Source of the DNA: Minisyncoccia bacterium
GTDB lineage: Bacteria; Patescibacteriota; Minisyncoccia; Phycocordibacterales; UBA918
Assembly: GCA_964229335.1 (NCBI GenBank)
Contig: CAXRCZ010000008.1
Coordinates: 1 to 60,187 of the forward strand
DNA: 60,187 nucleotides
Reading direction: 5' to 3'
Shown here one piece after another: positions 29,409 through 36,698 of the stretch (positions are counted from its first letter, which is position 1; each line of letters opens with the position of its first letter). The translations under genes were made by a program, and so were the position numbers. The notes below the pieces were generated by a model. It did no database searches. It saw nothing but the letters and a program-made list of their open reading frames with translations, and had not been told where the DNA came from.

Positions 29409-32400
29409 ATGTGGGACTTCTTTCTTAAGAATACGCGCTTTAGTTACTTACTGATTTTTGCGCTAATCGGACTAGGATTATATTCAATCGCGTCTATTCC
29501 ACGTGAGTCAGCACCAGAAGTGCAGGTACCAGTTGGTATCGTAACTACGGTATTACCAGGAGCACCTGCTATCGACATTGAAACCTTGGTGACGAACGAA
29601 ATTGAGCGCGGATTGGCTGGAAATCTAACTGACGTAAAAAAAATCACCTCACGTTCAAGCGAGGGAGTTTCTAGTATTACAGTAGAGTTTGAAGCAGATG
29701 CGGATATTGATGCGTCTATCCAAGATTTGAAAGATCAGGTGGATACCATCACTCCAGAACTACCTACAGATGCTGAAGACCCGAGGGTCACTGAAGTTGA
29801 TTTTGTTGATCAACCAATTCTCACCTTTGCTATCTCTGGCCCACTATCTGATAGTGACTTTACAGCCTTGGCAGACTCCTTGGAGGATGAATTAGAAAGC
29901 ATCCCCGGAGTCTCACAAGCAACAGCGAGTGGGGTTCGAGACCCAGAGGTCAGTGTGCTAGTAGAAGAAACCGCTCTGGCGCGATACGGACTTACCATTA
30001 CAGATATAACTACCGCTATTGCTTCAGCCAATAACACCTTCCCTATCGGTAATATTATCACTGATGATGTAGCGTACAACATTGTGTTTGCTGGAGACAT
30101 TGCCACTCCAGCAGAAGTAGCCGACATCCCTATCACTGCACTTGAGGGTCAACCAGTATATGTGCGAGATGTGGCTACTGTATCAGTTGGTTTGGCCGAG
30201 ACTAGCACCATCTCTCGTCTAAGCGTAGACGGCGCACCGTCAGAGAGAGCAATTACGTTTGATATTTATAAGCAACGTGGAGGAGACATTACCGCCCTTA
30301 CAGCATCTGTCCAAGACCGATTAGACGAATTACAAGCTGACGGGCAGCTATTAGCTGGTTTAACGGTTTATTCAATATTAGATGCAGGAAAAGACATTAA
30401 TGATGATTTGCTACAATTATCTGGATCTGGACTTCAGACAATCATTTTAGTAGTACTAGTACTCATAGTAGCAATTGGTTGGCGTGAAGGGTTGATTGCT
30501 GGTACGGCTATTCCATTGTCTTTTTTGATTGGCTTTATTGGGCTCTACTTATCCGGTAATACTATTAACTTCATAAGTTTGTTTGCCTTGATTCTAGGAA
30601 TCGGTGTATTAGTCGACTCTGGGTTGGTGATGATTGAAGGTATCAATCGCCGCATGAAGGTTGATCCTTCTATTGATAAAGTTGAAGCTGCCAGACTGAC
30701 AGTGAAAGAATTCGCTAGCCCACTGGTGGCCGGTACTCTGACCACCGTATCGATGTTTGTTGGGTTGTTTGTAGTCTCGGGAGTAACTGGACAATTTATC
30801 TCAGCTATTCCATTTACCTTAATCTTTGTACTATTCGCTTCCCTATTGGTAGCGTTAGGTTTTTTACCGTTGATTGCTGCTGGATTCTTACGACGTAGAA
30901 GCCAGACCTGGCTCGAGCAAAAACAAGTTGAATACAGTAATCGTCTCGAGGGTTGGTATCGTGAAAAGTTACTATGGGTACTTACTTCAAAAGCTCGTAA
31001 ACGACGTTTTATTACGCTACTTGTTACTGGTTTGATTACGGCAATTCTACTTATTCCGGCTGGTTTAGTACAAGTTATCTTTTTCGAAGAGACTGATGCA
31101 GGTTTTCTTGTCGTCGAAGCTGAACTACCTGAAAGCTCAATCAAGGAATCGACAGATATTACAATTCGACGCATTGAAGAAGTCTTGTATACCTATCCAG
31201 ATGAAATTGAAGCTTTCTCTAGCACTGTTGGCGCTGGGAACGCGTTCGGTAGTGGTGGACAGGGAGAGAAATTGGGAAATATTTTCATCACACTACGCGA
31301 TGACCGATCTGTCACCAGTTTTGAATTTGCTGAAATTCTTCGACAAGATTTGTCCTCGATTCGTGATGCTGACGTTACTGTGAGTCAGCCTGCAGGTGGA
31401 CCACCTACTGGATCACCGATTGGTATCAAATTAACTGGTTCTGACTTGCAAGAATTAACCACCTATACAAACCAAATCGCTCAGTTACTGAGCACTATTG
31501 AAGGCACTACCAATGTAACAACTAGTGCCAATACTAATAGTACCGAAATTGTACTGACCTTGGACAAAGCAAAGACAGCTGCTGTGGGACTAAATCCACA
31601 AGTAGTATCCCAAACTCTTCGCTCTGCAGTGTTTGGTAGTACTGCCACCTCACTTACTAGCCTAACTGATGACACTGACGTAGTAGTACGGTTGAACTTA
31701 GCTGGTAGTAGTAATAATGAAGCAAGTGAAGCTAACCGAACTACCCTTAACGCTTTAGAGGGTATTCAGCTAAGCACTCCATCAGGTGACACAATACTAC
31801 TTTCTTCATTAGTCACTTCATCTCTTCAAGAATCTAGTAGTGTCATTAATCATGAAGATCAAGAACGAGTGATGACCGTCAGCGCTGATACCACCCCTAG
31901 CGGCAACGTACGAGAAATCAACGCTATAATTCTAGATAAAATCGATTCTGAACTAGATATCCCTGAGTCAATCACTATCAGCTTAGGTGGTGAAACTGAA
32001 GAATCAGACCAAGCGTTTCAAGAACTTTTCCTTGCCCTAATTGTAGGTATCACACTAATGGTGGCGGTATTAGTGCTGCAATTTGATTCCTTTCGACATA
32101 CGCTATACGTATTGTCTATTCTTCCCTTCTCCCTGATTGGTATTTTGTACGGACTGGCGCTAATTGGTAGCGCCTTATCATTCACTTCAATTATGGGTTT
32201 CATTGCCTTGTCTGGAATTGTAGTCAACAACTCTATTCTCCTGATTGACCAAATGAATAATCGGCGAAAAGAATCTCCTGATACTGCTATCTTGACGGTA
32301 GTGGTTGAATCGGCAGTAAGTCGCCTGCGCCCTATTCTACTTACATCTACTACCACTATCATCGGGATGATTCCTCTTTTGTTCACCGATCCGCTATGGG

Positions 32401-32507
32401 TGCCGCTGGCTACCGCTATTATGTTTGGACTAGCCTTCTCTGTCTTAATTACGCTAGTGCTGATTCCGGTAATTTACCTTAAGTACCCTGGTACAGTTCG
32501 ACGCTAG
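29409..32507 (+). CDS. RND efflux permease (AcrB/AcrD/AcrF family)
   Basis: 1032 aa; PGA...IE..VT..IE, IGVLVDSGLVMIE, GIVVNNSILLID, RLRPILLT. Confidence 0.95.
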   Translation: MWDFFLKNTRFSYLLIFALIGLGLYSIASIPRESAPEVQVPVGIVTTVLPGAPAIDIETLVTNEIERGLAGNLTDVKKITSRSSEGVSSITVEFEADADIDASIQDLKDQVDTITPELPTDAEDPRVTEVDFVDQPILTFAISGPLSDSDFTALADSLEDELESIPGVSQATASGVRDPEVSVLVEETALARYGLTITDITTAIASANNTFPIGNIITDDVAYNIVFAGDIATPAEVADIPITALEGQPVYVRDVATVSVGLAETSTISRLSVDGAPSERAITFDIYKQRGGDITALTASVQDRLDELQADGQLLAGLTVYSILDAGKDINDDLLQLSGSGLQTIILVVLVLIVAIGWREGLIAGTAIPLSFLIGFIGLYLSGNTINFISLFALILGIGVLVDSGLVMIEGINRRMKVDPSIDKVEAARLTVKEFASPLVAGTLTTVSMFVGLFVVSGVTGQFISAIPFTLIFVLFASLLVALGFLPLIAAGFLRRRSQTWLEQKQVEYSNRLEGWYREKLLWVLTSKARKRRFITLLVTGLITAILLIPAGLVQVIFFEETDAGFLVVEAELPESSIKESTDITIRRIEEVLYTYPDEIEAFSSTVGAGNAFGSGGQGEKLGNIFITLRDDRSVTSFEFAEILRQDLSSIRDADVTVSQPAGGPPTGSPIGIKLTGSDLQELTTYTNQIAQLLSTIEGTTNVTTSANTNSTEIVLTLDKAKTAAVGLNPQVVSQTLRSAVFGSTATSLTSLTDDTDVVVRLNLAGSSNNEASEANRTTLNALEGIQLSTPSGDTILLSSLVTSSLQESSSVINHEDQERVMTVSADTTPSGNVREINAIILDKIDSELDIPESITISLGGETEESDQAFQELFLALIVGITLMVAVLVLQFDSFRHTLYVLSILPFSLIGILYGLALIGSALSFTSIMGFIALSGIVVNNSILLIDQMNNRRKESPDTAILTVVVESAVSRLRPILLTSTTTIIGMIPLLFTDPLWVPLATAIMFGLAFSVLITLVLIPVIYLKYPGTVRR

Positions 32508-32508
32508 A

Positions 32509-33012
32509 CTAGTTTTTACCTCGGCGTTGGTAGCGCATGATACCGTTCACTAGTAACGTTACTAAAACCAAGAATGTTATATATCCTATCAAGAATGCAG
32601 TGTAACTAAAGGTTGCCAACCCGAGCGCTGTAAGTGGTAGCAGTGCGCCGAAGGTATACCAACTTCCAGCTTGAATAGATGGCCCAAATTTACTCGGCAT
32701 TAGACGAGCTGTCATGAGAATGGCGTTAATAAATAACACAGCCACAATGGTAAATTCGGCTGCAAAAAGCTTTTCTAACGGTAGAGTGTCGCCACTAGCA
32801 ATGTAAGCCAACGCTGCAGTCGATAGCAAAATTAGCACCATAGCAATTCGTAATACTACATACACAATTCCCATCATTTTTCGTTCTGACTCATCAATCT
32901 TTCCGTCAGAAATTGCGACAAAGAAATTAGTTATAGCCAAAGTTGAAGCACCAACCCCTAGTGAAATTGAAAAAGATTGCAGTATAAATGCAGTAATCAA
33001 AAGTGATGTCAT
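32509..33012 (-). CDS. Hypothetical multi-pass membrane protein
   Basis: About five hydrophobic helices; ATG 33012 lies 8 nt after TATACT. Confidence 0.75.
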   Translation of the reverse strand: MTSLLITAFILQSFSISLGVGASTLAITNFFVAISDGKIDESERKMMGIVYVVLRIAMVLILLSTAALAYIASGDTLPLEKLFAAEFTIVAVLFINAILMTARLMPSKFGPSIQAGSWYTFGALLPLTALGLATFSYTAFLIGYITFLVLVTLLVNGIMRYQRRGKN

Positions 33013-33104
33013 ATGAATACAGTATACCAACCTGACATGGATTGATTCGAGGTTTTACAGATTTACCAAGGATAAAATACATGCTAAAATCGCCTCGCTA
33101 ACAT

Positions 33105-33177
33105 GGGCCGTTAGCTCAGCTGGTAGAGCGCTTCCATGGCATGGAAGAGGCCGCAGGTTCAAGTCCTGTACGGTCCA
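33105..33177 (+). tRNA. tRNA-Ala (GGC), CCA not encoded
   Basis: Cloverleaf GGGCCGT..ACGGTCC-A with G3:U70 pair; anticodon arm CTTCC-ATGGCAT-GGAAG; T-loop GTTCAAGTC. Confidence 0.97.
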
Positions 33178-33391
33178 CATATACAATGAGCCGAGAGCGA
33201 AAGCTCTCGGCGATTATGTATATGTAGGGACGTACAGGACTTGAAAGACGGAAGCGGTATACAAGACGAACGTAGTGAGTGCTTGTCGCTGAGTCGGGGT
33301 CGCGAACTCGACTGTAAGGAGAGATTCGTGACCGAGTCCTGATATATATTTAACTAAAATAAGTTGGTGACCGTCAGGACAAGTCCTGTAC
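33158..33391. mobile_element. Structured tRNA-3'-associated element (inverted plus direct T-arm copies); non-autonomous element or ncRNA
   Basis: 33158-33172 is perfectly complementary to 33231-33245; CAAGTCCTGTAC is directly repeated at 33160-33171 and 33380-33391; nested hairpins lie between. Confidence 0.55.
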
Positions 33392-33503
33392 ATTTGCTAC
33401 TACTTAGCAACACCGACCAATCTCCTAAAATCCATCATTGACTAATACTAAATTTAGTTATATTAAATAGATGGATAACAACAAAGTACAAAGGGAGATT
33501 GAC

Positions 33504-33584
33504 ATGTCCGCATGGAAAATTATCGCTATTGCGATTGTCATGTTTGGTTGGAGTTTCTGGTGTGGAGTGTTCAGCACCAGATGA
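33504..33584 (+). CDS. 26-aa hydrophobic peptide MSAWKIIAIAIVMFGWSFWCGVFSTR
   Basis: AAGGGAG SD 6 nt upstream; single TM-like stretch; terminator follows. Confidence 0.5.
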   Translation: MSAWKIIAIAIVMFGWSFWCGVFSTR

Positions 33585-33597
33585 ATCAACATAAAGC

Positions 33598-33638
33598 AAA
33601 ACCCCGCGAGCGAGCAACAGCTCAACCGCGGGGTTTTT
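33598..33638 (+). terminator. Intrinsic terminator after the small peptide ORF
   Basis: AAAACCCCGCG...CGCGGGGTTTTT. Confidence 0.75.
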
Positions 33639-33833
33639 GATTTGTCTTCCCTACTTCTTCCAGTCTTCAATAACTAATGATTGACCTTTTTTCTTTACCA
33701 CCACTTTTTGATTGTCACGCCAGCCGAGTTCTCTAACAAATTCAATTGGCAGAGTGATTTTATAACTAGTTGCTGACTTGCCAATTTTTCGTATATTTCT
33801 CTCCTCTAATGATTTTCGAGCCATAGTACGTAC

Positions 33834-33871
33834 GAATTATATATTTAATTATATAATTAAATATATAATTC
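33834..33871. repeat. Perfect 38-bp AT-rich palindrome without a loop
   Basis: GAATTATATATTTAATTATATAATTAAATATATAATTC equals its own reverse complement. Confidence 0.95.
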
Positions 33872-33902
33872 TTTTTTCAAACTGTTGTATGTCTATCCAC
33901 AA

Positions 33903-33935
33903 ATGTAAAGTCCGCCTTTGTGGCGGACTTTACAT
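33903..33935 (-). terminator. Hairpin downstream of tRNA-Ala(TGC)
   Basis: ATGTAAAGTCCGCC-TTTGT-GGCGGACTTTACAT. Confidence 0.8.
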
Positions 33936-33941
33936 AAACGG

Positions 33942-34015
33942 TGGACCAGAGAGGACTCGAACCCCCGGCCTCCTCAGTGCAAATGAGGCGCTCTAGCCAA
34001 CTGAGCTACTGGCCC
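33942..34015 (-). tRNA. tRNA-Ala (TGC)
   Basis: Reverse complement GGGCCAGTAGCTCAGTTGGCTAGAGCGCCTCATTTGCACTGAGGAGGCCGGGGGTTCGAGTCCTCTCTGGTCCA; G3:U70 pair; anticodon TGC. Confidence 0.97.
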
Positions 34016-34101
34016 AAGCGTATGATAACTGCTTGAATTCTCAAAGAATCTGAATTCTCTAAGTGCGTCGTATGGTACTAAGTTGCCATCATCTAGTCAA
34101 G

Positions 34102-35070
34102 TTATATTCTGGCAGTTTGCACCAAGTGATCTACCAGATCATTGTACTCAATTCCGATTGATTGAGCGGCGGTTGGCAGATGTGAGGCAGTACTCATACC
34201 AGGGAGCGTATTGAGCTCTAGAAAATAGATCTCATCTCCCTTAACAATAAAGTTACTGCGAGAATATTGACGACAATTCAAGACTTTGTGAGCCTGTATC
34301 GCTTGCCGTTCGAGCTCTTTCTTGACCGCCGTAGTGAAACGACTCGGACAATGGCGAGTAGCTTGGTTATTGTATTTATGCTCAAAGGTAAAGTGTGATG
34401 CATCGTCAGGTAATGTCACTTCTACAACCGGCAGTGAGTAGTGACTCTTGTCACGAAAATTTTCTAATACTCCAACTGTTCCTTCTCGTCCAGAAATTTT
34501 TTCTTCTACCAAAACACGACCGTGTCTTTCCAGCACGGTACGCAAAGCAGATTCAATCGCATCGATTGAATCTACCATATAGGTATCAATTGAGGATCCT
34601 CCGTGAGTCGGTTTAATAAACACGTGATTACCTAATGTCTCAACGATAGACTCTGATTTTCCTCGTATGTTACTAAAATCAGCTAACGTCACTAGCATGT
34701 GGCGCGGGGTTTTTATACCTTCTGCCAGCAACATTTCTTTGGCTGAAGGTTTGTTAAAAGCGATTGCGGAAGCCAAGTGGCCACTGCCGGTAAATGGCAA
34801 CTGGTGATGTTGTAGTAGTCGTTGCAAGGTGCCGTCCTCTCCGTACTTTCCATGTAGAGCTATAAAGACAATATCTATACCTTGCAGGGCTTTGTCTGGT
34901 GAATAAGCAATGCCTTGATGCAGCCATTCGCCACCTTTAGTGATTACTATATCCTTTGTTGAGTACCCCAATTCATCAAGTGCCGCTAGCACGTGAAGGC
35001 CAGTTTTGATTGATATATCGTATTCTAAACTTGGCCCGCCCCTGAGGACAGCCACCCGCTTGTGTCTCAT
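34102..35070 (-). CDS. ddl: D-alanine--D-alanine ligase
   Basis: VAVLRGGPS.EY.IS, ALHGKYGEDG, KP..GGSS, LELNTLPG. Confidence 0.92.
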   Translation of the reverse strand: MRHKRVAVLRGGPSLEYDISIKTGLHVLAALDELGYSTKDIVITKGGEWLHQGIAYSPDKALQGIDIVFIALHGKYGEDGTLQRLLQHHQLPFTGSGHLASAIAFNKPSAKEMLLAEGIKTPRHMLVTLADFSNIRGKSESIVETLGNHVFIKPTHGGSSIDTYMVDSIDAIESALRTVLERHGRVLVEEKISGREGTVGVLENFRDKSHYSLPVVEVTLPDDASHFTFEHKYNNQATRHCPSRFTTAVKKELERQAIQAHKVLNCRQYSRSNFIVKGDEIYFLELNTLPGMSTASHLPTAAQSIGIEYNDLVDHLVQTARI

Positions 35071-35095
35071 ACCTATAGTATAGCAGGTGTTGTTT

Positions 35096-36337
35096 CTATG
35101 GTTTTGGTAGTTGTTGCTTGCGTGAACGTTCTCGATGGTAGGCTATGGCGAAGCGATGAGATTCAGCGTTAGCTAGCAATATGGCATGCTTGTGAGTTTC
35201 AATTAGTTGTTTTTGACCAATTATCCTCTCTGCTTTATGTTGCTCGTTTTTAACCACGCCAACTATTGGAATTACCAGCTTGAATTGTTTTAATACTGAT
35301 TCCGCTGCCCTTTTTTGAATCGCATTGCCATCAACTACAATTAGTTGCGGTAGCGGCCACTCTTTATGTTTCAAGCGCCGCTCTAACACCTCTTTTAAGG
35401 AAGCTGGGTCATTGACTCCTTCGACGGTCTTAATCTTAAAGCGTCTATAGTCATTATTCCTGGTTTCACCACCCTCAATCACAGTCATTACACCAACCAT
35501 TTCGCTGCCTGCTAAATGAGCAATGTCATACGCTTCAATACGAATTCTCTTTTCATCACGATAGATACGAGACTCATCTTTAATAAGAGCAATGTCATGA
35601 ATGTGGGTTAAGGCAAATATTTGTTTTTTTACTCGTCCCGCTTCTTCAAAACGCTCCTCTTTAGCGAGAAATTTCATCTTTTTTTCTAGCTCTTTAAGGA
35701 GGGTTTGCTTCTTACCTTCAAAGAACAATCGTATATGGCGAATGGTCTCAAGATACTCTGTTTTTGATTGTTTGTTTGGATACAGATTGATCTGTCGATT
35801 AAAATCAATTTTGCCTTTCGCTAATTTACTTTTCTGTTCCCCTAGGGGTTTATCAGTGTCGTAGTAGCGAAATATTTTTCTAATAATTTTCAGTGCCTCT
35901 CGAAACAATTGCCCGCTCGGAAACGGCCCAAAATGATATAGAATTTCATCCTCATCATATTGTTCCGTTAAGTCCTTTCCTCTCACCACCAACACTCGCG
36001 GAAATTCTTCATTGGTGATGATGAGATGGTTGTAGCTTTTATCGTCTTTACTGCGAGTGTTGAAGAAAGGCTTATGGGTACGAATAAGATTAGTTTCCAG
36101 AATTAGTGCCTCCAAGACACTATCGGTTTCAGTCCAGCTAATCTCTTTAGCTTCATCTATCATTCGTTCTATAAGCTCAGAACGCTTTTCTTTAATATCA
36201 GCCGTGAAATAGCTTCGTATTCGATTGCGCAGTGATGTGGCTTTACCGATATAAAGAATCTGCTTGTTTCGGCCTAGAAAAAAATACACCCCAGAAGTGT
36301 CTGGCAATTTTTGACGACTCAGGTCAGCTTTTTTCAT
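35096..36337 (-). CDS. uvrC: Excinuclease UvrC, short form (GIY-YIG, UVR, RNase H-like; no HhH tail)
   Basis: GVYFF...LYIGKA.SLR.R..SYF, IEAYDIAH, YRRFKI, VDG, ESHRFAI. Confidence 0.9.
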   Translation of the reverse strand: MKKADLSRQKLPDTSGVYFFLGRNKQILYIGKATSLRNRIRSYFTADIKEKRSELIERMIDEAKEISWTETDSVLEALILETNLIRTHKPFFNTRSKDDKSYNHLIITNEEFPRVLVVRGKDLTEQYDEDEILYHFGPFPSGQLFREALKIIRKIFRYYDTDKPLGEQKSKLAKGKIDFNRQINLYPNKQSKTEYLETIRHIRLFFEGKKQTLLKELEKKMKFLAKEERFEEAGRVKKQIFALTHIHDIALIKDESRIYRDEKRIRIEAYDIAHLAGSEMVGVMTVIEGGETRNNDYRRFKIKTVEGVNDPASLKEVLERRLKHKEWPLPQLIVVDGNAIQKRAAESVLKQFKLVIPIVGVVKNEQHKAERIIGQKQLIETHKHAILLANAESHRFAIAYHRERSRKQQLPKP

Positions 36338-36393
36338 ATAATTGTTATGGTATAATAGATTTTTAGAGGTCTCAAATGTACAAGGAGGTGGTC

Positions 36394-36687
36394 ATGGCCA
36401 GATCAGATTGTGAGCCAATTGAATTGACTGAGGATGATTTTGAAGCGTTCTTCATTGCTTTTCCTATGGCTAAAGGGGTACTGACCATATGTCCGAGCGA
36501 TCCGAATGTGTGGGAAAGACTGTTTATTTGTCGCTTTGGCAACCTGCCAGAACCAGGTGAAGATGAAGATAATAGTGTACGTTATGGCTCAACTGATCCG
36601 CGATGGGACATGTTTCTACATACGGAGGGTGCACTTCAAATCATGAATCGACTCAGTGATAACTGGCGCAGAGAGGGTGGTCTTTGA
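36394..36687 (+). CDS. Small acidic orphan protein
   Basis: AAGGAGGT SD before ATG 36394; TGGTATAAT promoter; hairpin overlapping the stop (36672-36696). Confidence 0.65.
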   Translation: MARSDCEPIELTEDDFEAFFIAFPMAKGVLTICPSDPNVWERLFICRFGNLPEPGEDEDNSVRYGSTDPRWDMFLHTEGALQIMNRLSDNWRREGGL

Positions 36688-36698
36688 CCACCCTCTTC

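Noticed and set aside
27878-32507. RND pump lacking a TolC partner as a novelty
   Set aside because: Expected for an organism without an outer membrane; similar pairs occur in monoderms
33178-33941. Prophage or genomic island between the two tRNA-Ala genes
   Set aside because: Only ~760 bp, with no integrase or phage genes; reported instead as a small element plus a peptide ORF
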